Assembly (NCBI RefSeq): GCF_009914755.1
Contig: NC_060927.1
Strand: one strand, 5' to 3'
DNA from: the human T2T-CHM13v2.0 reference genome, Homo sapiens
DNA: 64,000 nucleotides
Every line of letters begins with the position of its first letter. Position 1 is the first letter of the stretch. Below the pieces are notes generated by a model. It saw only the letters and a list, made by a program, of their open reading frames with translations, was not told the origin of the DNA and searched no databases. The position numbers and the translations under genes were made by a program. Shown in pieces: positions 39,528 through 53,620 of the stretch.

Positions 39528-39622
39528 AATTGTTTGAGCCCAGGAGGTTGAAAATGTGGTGAGCCATGGGAATACCATTGTTCTCCAGCCTGGGCAACAG
39601 AGCAAGACCCTGTCTCTAAAAA
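39528..39622 (+). mobile_element. AluJ 3' fragment
   Basis: ttgagcccaggaggttg...ctccagcctgggcaacagagcaagaccctgtctct. Confidence 0.8.
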
Positions 39623-39977
39623 TTTTTTTTTTCTTTTAAAAAAGAAGAAGGTTAAGCAAACAAACAAACAAAAAACACCTGGGTTTTGTTTGTTTTGATT
39701 TTGTAAGACATAATGATTGGAAATAAAGAAAGTAACATTGTCCTATTTGTAAATGATATAATGGTTTATGTAGAAAATCCCAAGGAAACTATAAACAAAT
39801 TTCTAGAACAAACAAATTTAGCAATATCACGGGGTTCAAAATTAATATAAAAATCAATAGTATAATTATAAATTAGGGACAGACAATTGGGAAATCATTG
39901 ACTTTAAAAATATCATTTATAATCGTTCCCTTACCCCCAAAAATGTATACTAAGGATTAAATATATAAAAGATGTCT

Positions 39978-40305
<328 letters not shown>

Positions 40306-40594
40306 CTACAAAGAATTTCTTGGAGAAATTAAAGGAGATCCAAATGATGAAGAGATACACCACGTTAATTAATTAAAAGACTCAATATTTTTAAGATGGT
40401 AATTTTACTCAGATTTACCTTTGGAGTCAACACAATCCTAATCAAAATCCCAGCAGATTTTTTTTAACAGAAATTGATGAGTCAATTCTAAAATTTATGT
40501 GGCAATGTAATGACTCTGGAAGAGTGAAAAGAAGAACCATGTTGAAGTATTTACCTAACCTGATTTCAAAAGTGCTTATAAAGTTAACAGTCAT

Positions 40595-40747
40595 CTGCAC
40601 CCATTAACTCTGCAGCACACCAGCATGGCACATGTATATATATGTAACTAACCTGCACATTGTGCACATGTACCCTAAAACTTAAAGTATAATAATAATA
40701 AAAAAAGAGAAAAAAATAAAGGAAAGAATAAACTGAAAAAAAAAAAT
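40595..40747 (+). mobile_element. ~150-bp severely truncated young L1 (L1PA2/3-like) with a 16-nt 5' inversion
   Basis: ctgcacccattaactc is the reverse complement of L1 3'UTR gagttaatgggtgcag. It is followed by tgcagcacaccagcatggcacatg...taccctaaaacttaaagtataat and an A-rich tail. TSD aaagttaacagt(c/a)atc(tg). Confidence 0.9.
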
Positions 40748-41325
40748 AAAGTTAACAGTAATCTGAAAGCACAGGCAATAAAAGCAAAAATAAATAACAG
40801 TGTCTACATCAAACTCAAAAGTTTCTCTGCAGCAAAGGAAATGACAAAATGAAAAAGCAACCTTCAGAATGGGAAAAAAGGTTGTAAACCCTATATACAA
40901 TAAGGGACTAACATCCCAAATATGTAGAGAATCTCATACAACTCAATTGCAAATAATAATAACCCTCCTAAAAAGTGAACAAAAAACTTGAATAGAGAGT
41001 TTTCCAAAAAGGGCATATAAATGGTCAACAGGTATATGAACAGGTGCTCAATATCACCAATCATCTGGGAAATGCAAATCCAAACCATAATGTGATATCA
41101 CCTCACACGTGTTAGGATGGCTACAGTTAAAAAATCGAAAGATAAGATGTGTTCGTAAAGATTTGGAGAAAAGTGTACCCTTTTTCATTGTCGTTGGGAA
41201 TGTAAATTGGTACAGTCAAAGCAGTACGGAGGGTCCTCACAAAATGAAAAATCATATGATCTGGCAATCCCACTTCTGAGTATATATCCAAAGGAAATAA
41301 AATTACTGTTTGGAAAAGAAGTCTA

Positions 41326-41687
<362 letters not shown>

Positions 41688-41737
41688 GAACAAGTGTCTG
41701 TTGACAGATGAATGAATTTTTTAAAATGTGGTTGGTT

Positions 41738-41815
41738 ATATATGTGTATCTATAATATATATATAAAATATACACACTCATATATGCTATGGTATATATA
41801 CAGCATATGTGTGTG

Positions 41816-41848
<33 letters not shown>

Positions 41849-41856
41849 CATATACA
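41738..41856. repeat. (TA)n/(TG)n compound microsatellite
   Basis: Directly visible in the sequence. Confidence 0.85.
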
Positions 41857-44800
41857 CGGTTTTTAATATCATAATAAAAGATTATTCAGCCTTAGTAAAA
41901 GAAGGAAATTCTGCCATCTGCAACATGGGTGACTCTTGAGGACAATATGCTAAGTGAAATACACAGAAAGACAAACACTAAATAATCTCACTTATATGTT
42001 GAATCTAAAAACAAGTCAAACTCTGGGTAACAAAGAACAGAATAGTGGTTACTATGGGCTGAGGGTGGGGGGAAAGGGGGAGAATTTGGTCAAGGGTGCA
42101 AACTTTCAATTATAAGATGAGTAATTACTGGAGACCTAATGAACAATATGGTGGCTATCATTGTTTATAATGTATTGCTACTTGAAATTTGCTAAGAGGG
42201 TAGATTTCAAATGGTCTTATATTGAACCTGTGGGTGTAGAAATATATCAGAACCTAACAAATTGCCCACTTTAAATATGTATAATTTATTACAATCAATT
42301 ATACCTCAATAGAGTTGTTCATATGAATCCAGAACATCACTACACACACACACACATATACACACACAAAAGATAACTGTGAGGTGATGAACATGTTAGT
42401 CAACTTGACTGTGGTAATCACTGTACAATATATACATATGTCAAAACATCACCTGTACATTCTAAATATGTACAATTTTTATTTGTCAAGCATACTTCAA
42501 TAAAGTTGGGGGAAAAGTTAATAATCATCAAGACAGTTTGATATAGGCAAAAGATAGATATCAATGAAATAAAATAAACAGTCCAGAAATGGACCCACAA
42601 AATATTTGATTTTCCACAAAGATGACAAAGAAATTCAATAGAAAATGAAATCATCTTTTCAACAAATGGTGATGGAACAACTGGATATCTATATAAAAAC
42701 AAGTTAACATTTATTCCATACCATGTTCAAAAATTAACTTGAAAAGTTATAATCCTAAATGTAAAATCTAAAACCATTGAACTTTTATATTAAAACATAT
42801 TTAATAAACCATGTGATATCAGGATAGTTAAAAGTATTGTAGAACACAAAAAGCATGAAGCATAAAATAAATAATTGCTAGGTTGAATTTCATCAAAATT
42901 AGATACTTTTACTTTTCATAAGATTCATTAAGAGAAAGAAAATGCAAGCCCCACATTGAAAGAAAATATTTGAGACACATATCTCAAAGAACTTACAGTT
43001 AGAGTGTGTAAAAAAGTCTTAAACTCAGTAAGTAGAAGGTGAAAAACAAATTAAAAATAGAGAAAGATTTGAACAGACAATTTTTAAAAGAAGATATACA
43101 CATGACCATTACATGCATAAGAATTTGTTCAATATCATCATTCATCAGAGAAATGCAAATTAAAACTGCAATTAAATTTCACTGCATATTGGATTGCCTA
43201 GGATGTGGAGCAACTGAAATTCTCAAATACTGCTATTGGAAATGTAAAATTGCTGCAATTATTTTGCCAACATGGTTTGGCAGTTTCTTAAAAAGTAAAA
43301 TGTATATCACTCATACAATCCAGCCATTTCACCTTTAGACATTTTACCCAAGGGAAATGAAAACATGCGTATACATAAAGCCTTGTACGTGAATGTTCAT
43401 AACAGCTTTATCTATAACAGCTTAAAATGGAAGCAATTTACATTTCCATCAATAGGTGAAGGAATAAACAGATTATAATATACCCGCACATGTACTACTA
43501 CTCAGCTATAAAAAGGAACAAGTTATTGATACATAGAAAAACATGGATGAATATCAAAATCATTATGTTGAGTTGCAAAAGCCAGGCAAAAATTAACACA
43601 TGTAAGGTGAGTTCATTGATATATAATTATAAAAATATAAATCAGTCTATAAACAAAAGTGAGATCAGTGGTTGCCTAAGGATGGAGGTGAAGCAAGGAA
43701 GATGTTACAAAAGGGCATGAGGGGACCTTTGTGGGTGACAGAAATGTTAGGTATCTTGATTGTAGTGATGTCTTTATGGATGTAGAAATACATCAGAGCC
43801 TAACAAATTGTCCACTTTAAATATGTATAATTTATTACAATCAATTATATGTCAATAAAGTTGTTCATATGAATCCAGAAGCAATATTGTTTTTCTATAT
43901 TTCATAATTTTTTGCTGAAGTTAAAATATGCTCTTACCATGTTCTGAATAAGTTCCACACACTCAAGTAATAATTTCTGCAGAAGCCCACTGAAATGTCT
44001 TAGCTTTATTTCCATTTTAAAAAATCAAATATGTAACTTATAAAATTTTAAAAATTCAAGTCAAATTTAAATTACCAAACATAATTCTTTATAGTTGGAC
44101 TTTTGAAGAAAATAATAATAATCTGTATCTCTGTCCCTAATTTTTAAAACTTATTTTAACAACCTTGGCCACCCACCATCTCATAGACATTGCTGAGTAT
44201 ATTTTTCATAATTTACCTAAAAATATAAAGTGGCATCAACCCCTACCTCCCTCAACTTCTGGGCTACAGACCTCAAAACCTTAGATGGTTTTTCTGCTAC
44301 TGTGGAGTGTTATTTTGTTCTTATAAGGGATCTTTTTCTGCTTATCCTCTGATCCATCAAGAGCCAAGTAAGAACACCAGCCAGCAAAAAACACAGAAAG
44401 AGGATAAAGAATTATGAAGACATTCAGAAATTTATTTAGGGAGAGCTGGGAAATGTCAAAGAACGCTAAATCCTAGGTATTTTTGACCTGTGCTTTTGAG
44501 GTGTTATGGTGTTTTCTTTAGTACACACTGGAGACCCTGATAGTATTACACATATACATCTGCCACAACCAGTAGCTTTAAAAGCTTCTCTAGGCCTGGA
44601 TTGCTGCTCTTTTTTCCTTGTTTACTCTATGGCTTTTCATAAATAAATATCCATTTTTCTTATTATAAAGATATGCATATAAATATACATATAATGAAAA
44701 ATAAGATGATACAGAAATGTCCAGTGCAGAATATTTTAAATCCCCTGTAATTTCATGAATAATTATCTGTTATTTACCACCTTTTTTTTCTATGCAATAT

Positions 44801-44994
44801 TCTGTTTTTGGGAAACACACACATTTCATCTTACTCAACATTCACAGAATGAAGTAAGACTGCACCTCCTGCTCTTAGTTTGCTTCTTTTCATTTAACCA
44901 TATGTTTTGGAAATTTATCTGTATCTGGGCATAGACTTATCTTATTTTTTATAAGAGTTGTTTAGTAGTCTATTATATGCATCTAATTTACTTC

Positions 44995-45604
44995 TTTTTT
45001 AACTTTTATTTTAGGTTCAGGTGTACGTGTGCAGGTTTGTTATATAGGTAAATTGCATGTCATGGGGGTTTGATATACAGATTATTTCATCACCATGGTA
45101 ATAAACATAGTACCGCACAGATAGTTTCTCAGTCCTTACCCTCCTCTCACCCTCTACCCTCAGGTATGCCCTGGTCTCTGTTGTTCCCTTCTTTGTGTCC
45201 ATATGTACTCGATGTTTAGCTCCCACTTGTAAGAGAGAACATGTGGTATTTGATTTTCTGTTCCTGCTTTAGCTTGCTTAGGATAATGGTCTCCAGCTGT
45301 CCAAGTTGCTGCAAAGGACAGGATCTCATTTGTTTTTATGGTTGTGTAGTATTCCACGGTGTATATGTAAAACGTTCTCTTTATCCAGTCTACCACTGAT
45401 GGGCATTTACAATGATTCCATGTCTTTGCTATTGTGAATAGTGCTGCAGTAAACATACACATGTATGTGTCTTTATGGTAGAATGATTTACATTACTTTG
45501 GGTATATACCCAATAATGGGATTGCTGTGTCGAATGGTTGTTCAGTTTTAAGCTATTTCAGAAATGGCCAAACAACTTTCCACAATGGCTGAACTAATTT
45601 ACAT
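44995..45604 (-). mobile_element. 5'-truncated L1PA15/16-like 3' end
   Basis: Antisense 3'UTR ttttattttaggttcaggtgtacgtgtgcagg...tcccttctttgtgtccat. Flanks (44620-44990, 45610-45950) resemble an older antisense L1ME. Confidence 0.9.
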
Positions 45605-46894
45605 TGCTTAATTTCTTATTAATTAGGTTTATACTCAATTGTGGTCATTGTGATGAGTGCTGGAATGAATATGCTTATGTGTATGTATGTGTATGTGTGT
45701 ATATATATGTCCAAGGACACAAAGATTATACCTATTTAAGAACATATTTTACAAAAATAGAAAATCACACAGGTATGTATGTATCTTTATGTGCTTTTAT
45801 GACTATTTCTGTGTGAATGTTATATGACTTTCTAAATAAAACATGTTTTATATTTAATAAGTATATTCTAATTGCTTAAAAAATAATTGTACCAATTAAC
45901 ATTTCTACCCACAGTAAAAGAAGTACTCATTTCTCCACATCACTGTCTGGCTGTTTAGATGCATATTTAATAACTGAATAAAGCTAAGCCACTACATCTG
46001 TGGCTTTTACACAGAATTTAAAGTAAAGTAAACTCTTCAGATAAAATGTCTTTCGCATGGTGTACTTGAACTCTACAAAATCCACAGGTGGTTATGCTAA
46101 TGTTCAAAGGACATCACACATGGCCTGAGATGTAAGTGGGTCTCCCCTGTACAATCAGTTCTAGAACACCAAATTACCTTTATCTTCTTCTTGCTTCTTT
46201 TTTTTAAAGTGTATTTCACGTCCCAATACATAGAAGAACCACCAAATTCCATATTTCACATAAAAGCACACGAGACCATTAAATCTTGCCTTAAACTTTC
46301 ATCCTTTCACCTTTTGACACACAAAAAAGAAAGGATTTAAGTAATGTTATTTCATTAGCTTCTCTCCTGGACAAAGATGTCTTTACTGATGGAGCAGAAA
46401 CGCTTTGCCAGCCCATATTCCATTGTCTTCAGAAACTATTCTGAATGGGAGCCACTGCCATTATGTGAATAAGTCATGCATGATCCCTGGGTATATTATC
46501 AGCCCCTTGTGGAACATTTTTACCAATGATGAAATGTTATTGTTGTCACTGTCAGACTTTCAGTCTTTATCAGTCTTCCTCATGACAGCCCTCGTTATTC
46601 AGGCAGTCTTGGGACAACTTCAAGGTGAGAACTTTCAACACAAGGTCAAGAGGATCAAATTTCTTTCCTATCCACCACTCAACCATTTTCCTTCCCTTTT
46701 ATCATGGCTCACAGACCAACCCCTCAGGACTGCAGTGGGAGGAATGCAATGGTAAGCTGATTCTGCTGGGACTCTAGACACATCTAAAGAATTGAAATTT
46801 ATAGTTTCTCACTGTGTCTTCTTTAGAGACTTTAATTATGTCCTTAAATACTGACACACATTTTTATCCACAGAATTCCTGATGAGGCACTGCT

Positions 46895-47140
46895 ATGTAC
46901 TAAAAACACTCATGGGCTTTAGAATTAGAAATTTTTTTTTGTTTTGTTTTCTTTTGTTTTGTTTCAGATTTCAACTAAGTGAATTTTGGTCAGCTACTTA
47001 ACATCTCTGTGCCATAAGTGTCATCTCCAAAATGGATCAAATGCTACCTGCTCTGTGAAACTGTTCTGAGACTTAAATGTGATAATGTATATAAATACCT
47101 TGCTCATTATCTAGAACATTGTAAGAAGCCAGCAAATGTT
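46895..47140 (+). mobile_element. MIR
   Basis: ctacttaacatctctgtgcc...tcatctccaaaatgga...ttaaatgtgataatgtatataaa. Confidence 0.65.
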
Positions 47141-47294
47141 CACTTTTTGCTTCCACTATATTCTTATAATGCTTTCTGCCAAGTAATGTCTCAACATTTT
47201 TATGATTATTTTGACTCAAAAATGGAAAAAGCATAATCTTTACCCAGTTGTATCTGGTAGTTTCCTGAACACTGGAGCTTAAATTTCAGACCTA

Positions 47295-47595
<301 letters not shown>

Positions 47596-48269
47596 TCAGA
47601 CCTAAGACCTTTGTATAACTGCTCCTTTTCCCTATGTCTCCATTCTTTTTGCGCACCTAATTCTGACTTAAAGCACTTTATGGATTACTCAGTAGCTATG
47701 CTGAAAGGTGCCACAGGGTTTAGAGAACTGGCTGGAATACATGCATAAGCATGCCAGGATGTCAGCTCTCCACATTTAGACTGGCAGATTGGACACATAT
47801 TATGTGTAATTACGCACATATTAGAATGATGATGACAGCTCTTCAGTCTCAGAGGAGCATGGCAGAATTGGTGTGTTCACAAAGACAGTGTGGAAGTGAA
47901 TGGGAGCAGATCCTCCATGGCAATAGATCCTACATGGGAAAACCCAGGGCTCAGGAAAACATTGATTTTCTCTTATAGACAATGTGTTTCACCATTTTCT
48001 TTTACTCTTACTCATCAAAGATAAACACATCTATCAAAAACCTGATGGTCCTCAGAAACATATTCTCTGCAAGAAACTTCTGATCAATGATCTGATACAT
48101 ATACCAAAATAAGGCCATATCAGATAAGATATTAAAGTTCAGCACTACATAAATTTATTTAGTAGAAATATATTTTAAGAGCATACTATGATGGAAAAGA
48201 TTAAGTAATTGAGTCTGAAAACAGTCATTATTAATAATTTCTCAAGATCAGTCTATGTCATATTATATT

Positions 48270-48480
48270 AATGTCATGCCTGCTATGTATGGACAGTGTG
48301 TTTAGTACTTCACATATACTATGTGATTGTGTTCTTTTAGAGGTCCTCTTAAATAGTGACTATTACCAATTATGAAGAAAAGATGAAGGAACTTAGTTTG
48401 GTGGGAAATGAGTGATTATCCAATATCACCCAGCTAATAGCCATTAGATTCGAATCCACATCGTCTATCTGATTGCTAAT
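48270..48480 (-). mobile_element. MIR fragment
   Basis: tatccaatatcacccagctaatag...gattcgaatcca...gtctatctgat. Confidence 0.5.
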
Positions 48481-49084
48481 TTTTAAAAAAAGTTTTCTAA
48501 AGTAAATGTAAACTTATGATAAAATTAATGTTGCAACAGCTGTTGTGTTATATGAGAAGGCAAAGTAGATGAATTTTCAAAACTGAATTTCACTGAGGTG
48601 TGCAGGAAGTTATCGGTCATTCAGGCAACTCCTTCATTCTTAAAAGGCTTCCTTGGTACCTATTGTATACAAAACACCTTGATAGGAATCTCTAAATCAG
48701 GGTAAAAAAAATTCCAGATACACAACTACAAACACCCGAAAGAAGGCATAATGAAAATATTCTTTACGTTTAGATATTTTTAGTTTTTCCGTGTGTTGTT
48801 TAGTAAAAATATAGTAAAAAATAAACATCTGTTATGGAAAATATTATAACTAATATATTATGATAACTGCATTATAAATTAAGCCATTAAAATTTTGTCA
48901 TATGGGAACATTTCTTTGGAACTCAACAATCTAGGAGCAGAAGTAAAAATAGTAAAAATAGTATTGACTCACTTCTTCTCTGGGGATAAAAAGTGAATTC
49001 TTATCTCATTCAAAGGCATCTGTGTAAATAGTGTACTCTCAATTCCACCACAGAAAAAAGAGTTGAGAGCTATAGTCACCAAAA

Positions 49085-49250
49085 TTTACATGCCAAGCTC
49101 TGAAGCCAGACTCTCTGGGGTGGAATCCTGACTCCACTATTAACTAGCTAAGAGACCACGGGCAAGTTATTCAACCTCTCTGGGCCTCAGCGAGGCTGTT
49201 GAGAGGATTAAATGATATAATATATTCAAAGTACGTTAGAAGCACTTTAA
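49085..49250 (+). mobile_element. MIR
   Basis: gctctgaagccagac...gaatcctgactccact...gggcaagttattcaacctctctgggcctcag. Confidence 0.75.
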
Positions 49251-49390
49251 ATTATTAACACAAAGGAAAAACACAATAGAGGTTGGCTTTATTATATTAT
49301 TAGTAGTAGTATTTCTCTAAATTCTTCTTCCTGCTAGGGTCATACTACCACTCTTAATTCTAAAATACCCCTTCTAGTTCTAATTAAAAA

Positions 49391-49479
49391 GAGAGACAGA
49401 GAGGAGAGGGAGGGAAGGCGAGAGAGAGAGACAGGGAGAGACAGAGAGAGAGAGAGAGAGAAAGAAAGAGAGAGAGAGA
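49391..49479. repeat. (GA)n polypurine tract
   Basis: Directly visible in the sequence. Confidence 0.92.
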
Positions 49480-49720
49480 TCTCAAATGCAGTATCTATTG
49501 AAGTATTGAGGTATAGGATTATTGAATAAATAAAACTTAATGAAGGCATATGCTCATTAATTAGGTAGGGTTTTCGAAAAAAAGGCGAATAATATGACTC
49601 AGTAGCAGTTATTTCTATAGATCTCTGTAAAAAGTCTCATGATAATTGCTAGTTAAAAAGTTGTTGACAACAATAACAAAATATGGGCTAATAATCACAG
49701 GAGGCAAATATAAATGTAAA

Positions 49721-50059
49721 TGGCATGGTCTGAATGTCCCCCATAATTCATGTGTCAAAAGTTTATTACTGTTGTGGTGGTATTAAGAGGTAAAGCCTTT
49801 TGAGAGATGATTGTCGTGAGGCCTCAGCCCTCATGAAAAGATTAGTGACTTATCAAGGGGCTGGAGGGAAATAGCTTAGACCCCTTTTTGCTCTTCCACC
49901 ATGTGAGGACACAGCAAGTAGGGCCTTACTAGATATTGAATCTGCCAGCACCTTGATCTGGATTTCTCAGCATCCAGAACTGTGAGGAATAAATTTTTAT
50001 TGCGAATAGATTACTCAGTCCATGGTATTTTATTACAGCAGCACAAATGGACTAAGACA
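49721..50059 (+). mobile_element. ERVL-MaLR solo LTR (MLT1A/MSTC-like)
   Basis: catggtctgaatgtccc...ccaccatgtgaggacacagc...tctgccagcaccttgatct...ggactaagaca. Confidence 0.85.
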
Positions 50060-50091
50060 GTAGGTAAAGATAAAAATCAAACTGGTCAACA

Positions 50092-50431
50092 CAGGTTGAA
50101 CAACCCTTATTTTAAAAGTTCAAACTTCAAAATAATCCAAAATCTACAGCTTTTGAGCACTGACATGATACTACAAGGTGAACATTCTATACATAAGTAC
50201 TTAATGCAAACTTTGTTTTATGCACAAAATTATTTAAAATATTGTATAAAATTACCATTAGATTGTATGTATATGGTATATAAGAAACAAATGCATATCA
50301 TGTTTAGACTTAGGTCCCATCCCCAAGAAATCTCATTATATATATGCAAATATTCCAAAAATTTTACAAAAAGATCTGAATTCTGAAACACTTCTGGTCC
50401 TAAGCATTGCAGATAAGAAATACTCAACCTA
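50092..50431. mobile_element. Tigger4b (MER46/Zombi)-like MITE
   Basis: TIRs caggttga / tcaaccta. Internal ttaggtcccatccccaag...tctgaaacacttctggtcctaagcatt. Confidence 0.85.
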
Positions 50432-50574
50432 TATATATTTGGGTGAAAAAGTTTGATGGGTTTACCCATTTATGTTTGTTGTGCCCCATTTCAACTACTG
50501 TTTGTCCTAGAAAATGAGATGAACAATAAAATTTCAGATTTAGGTTTTATAACTTTTTAAATATACACTTAAAT

Positions 50575-50575
50575 G

Positions 50576-50609
<34 letters not shown>
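50575..50609. repeat. (CG)n(CA)n microsatellite
   Basis: gcacgcgcgcacacacac... Confidence 0.9.
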
Positions 50610-50614
<5 letters not shown>

Positions 50615-52799
50615 GCTAATAAATGGCTCCTACTTCACCATGTTCGAATTCCTTTATAAAAAATCTTCAGAAGTATAGTATGGGCCTTTCATGAAGGGTA
50701 TACCTAAAAGGTACAATCTAGGAAGGATGTTAGACGCTGTCCTGATTAATACTTAGGAAACCTGAACTAACTTTTCTGTAGAATAAAAAGATAAAAAGAG
50801 GCTGGCCTTCATCTGGAAGAGGGTTATAAATAAAATCCATATCATCATTTTACTTATGACAAAAATCACAATTTTTTTCTCCTTTAAAATGGCATACCTT
50901 ATTTTGTCATTTTTAAAAATAAATAAATACAGACCTGGGTAGTTAAAATTGCCAAGGGAATGGAAGTGGGTAGCGATGTGCATGCAGTGTGATGGCAGAC
51001 CAGAGCTGTAGGAGCTCTTCACACTGCTTCAGTGAGGTTGCTAAGGGATATGAGCCCTAAACCAATAAAGGTTATGGATCAGATAAAAGGGATCTTACCT
51101 ACATAATTCCCATATAATAAAACAGAAGACACCCTCTGAGGCTTGAAGTAGCTTTAAAAAAGTGCTGTCTTACAAAGGTAATAGTAAACATTTCAGCTTT
51201 CTACCCTAGAATACACAGATGGAGAACAGTTTAGGTAAAACTATGAATGACAGATTCATAAAGTGTATTTAGGAGGGAGTTACAGGTATTTAGAATACAT
51301 CCCTCACACTTTGAAGCAATTATAATTGAAAACAGTAATTATATTCTTCTAAGTGTACCTCTTTATCTCTTTTTAAAACTATAATACAAAATAATCACTG
51401 AGATAATAATTCATAGTTTTATCCTCTGTGGAAGTTCTTATAGCATTCCTTGCTTGTTTAGTTATACACCAACTCATTTTTGAATACCTTCTATGCATAA
51501 GCTGCTATGCTAAACCTGAACTAGACAAATATCTGTTCTCTAGAACTATATATTTTAGTGAAGGTAAGAAACAGAAAGACAAGTTACAAAGTGACAAGTA
51601 TCAGAACAAAAGGGATGTCAAATATGGTATAGAAATATAGAAAAAAATTTTTGCTTTATTCATGAGTTTAGAAGTAGACTAGATGTCCACCAAGTAAATG
51701 TATAATCAAACTGTCACTAATGAGTCTGAAACATGGAAAGAAGAATTTAGGAGTGTCTTTGAGTAATAGCAAGAGAATTGGAGGAGTGTTGGGCCAAGAC
51801 TTTGTCAGTATTATTACTCAACATGAGAACAAGAATAAAATAACTCAGAGTTACTTTAACAGGATTCCATGGAGAACCTATTTTAAGGCTGTAATTTAAT
51901 TCAGGTGTAAATTACTAGACTATATTTTAATTACAGGAGTAAATGTCATCCATATTCATGACTAATGAGTAGGAGTGAATGAATGATATAGTACAACATT
52001 AGCATTCCATAAGTCCAGGCTGTGACAGTATCTCCCTATTTAAAAATCAACTATAAACCAAGGGAACTATGAAAAACACAGCACTCTAAAGAGATTTCAC
52101 AGAATTTTTTCTTCAGCATTTTTGCTAATCTTTTTTTTTTAGTATGGTGTTTTCTGCAATGTCTATTGTTCAAACTTCCTTCCAAGTAGATGTAACCTTC
52201 TAATAAGCCTTTAAATCTCAAAGTAGAGTGTGCTTGATACATTTGAAAACAGAAAATTTAAAAATTCTTTTTTTAAAATATTTTGATAACTTCTTTGATA
52301 CAAGACACCCGAATTTGTAAGACCAAATCCACGACTCTGAAGAGGAATGAAGAGACTGAGGAAATTAGAGAAGTCTTAAATTTTATTCAGGATGTTTTAC
52401 TATTAAAAAATGGCTTTGTAAACAATGTTTACCATATGTTGTTAAATATTAATAGAAGCATGAGAAGTTATATATACATTGGTACAGGGCTGATTTTTCA
52501 ACAAGCACACCAGTAAGTGCTAGTGGCTTTTAATATATAGTGAAATTTCTGTACAGGTGAGCAAATAACCACTGTCCTGAGGTTCTCAAATGCCATATCC
52601 CTTAAGGACCACTGGAGCCTAGACCAGGACCCCTAGGCATGCATCCCAGGGAATCATACTGTGTTACTTCTTAACCTCTCAACCACCAGCAAGCCAGCTG
52701 TTGATGTTAGCAACAGCTCTCCTGGAGGTGGCTAATGAATGTCCTAGTGGACATGTGTTTGATACTCAGCTGCCCACTTCTGAAATACCTGGGGTCTGG

Positions 52800-53085
52800 G
52801 GTTAGGCGCCGTGGCTCACGCTTGTAATTCCAGCACTTTGGGAGGCCAAGGCAGGCGGATCACTTGAGGTCAGGAGTTCGAGACCAGCCTGGCCAACAGG
52901 GGGAAACCCCATCTCTATTAAAATACAAAAATTAGTGGGGCGTGGTGGTGCACATCTGTAATCCCAGCTACTCAGGAGGCTGAGGCAGGAGAATCACTTG
53001 AATCCAGGAAGCAGAGGTTGCAGCGAGCTGAGATTGCACCAGCCTGGGCAACAAAGCAAGACTCCGTCTCTAAATAAATAAATAA
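52800..53085 (+). mobile_element. AluS (Sz/Sx-like)
   Basis: Dimeric Alu with a small deletion before agcctgggc and a (TAAA)n tail. Confidence 0.94.
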
Positions 53086-53369
53086 GAAATATTTGGCACC
53101 TGGAAAAGCCAAGAAAAAAAAAAGAAGAAGAAATAATGGGAGCTGCCACTGACACAAATCAGAGCCTAGTATTTTAGGCTCTGATGGAATGGACAACAAT
53201 CTAAAGATAGGAAGAAGGCTGAAGGGGACAGATGGAACATGTGTGCATCTATTCCACTAGAGACAAGTGGAAGGCTCATGTGGAACTATCCGTTTTTCCA
53301 TCCTTTTGAATGTAATATCAATTTGATGGGACAGTTTACCTCTATTTAATAAAACCTTAAGATAAATCA

Positions 53370-53620
53370 TCAAATGCTTGATGGTCATGGGCATTAACAT
53401 TAATTTTATTTATAACCTTACAGCCAGTCTTATATAAAATATGCTTTATAGGTACCTGTTTTAAAATACATTCACTTGAGTATTATAAATTCAATCAATA
53501 CTCCCATATTTTGGGTAAGGTAACTGAGGCATAGAGAATTAATTAAAATTTAAGTAGCAGAGAAAGAATTATAGCCCAAGAAGCCTAACAAAAGATCTGT
53601 TTTTATCGTCTTACTGTACT
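53370..53620 (-). mobile_element. MIR fragment
   Basis: cccatattttgggtaaggtaactgaggcatagaga. Confidence 0.55.
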
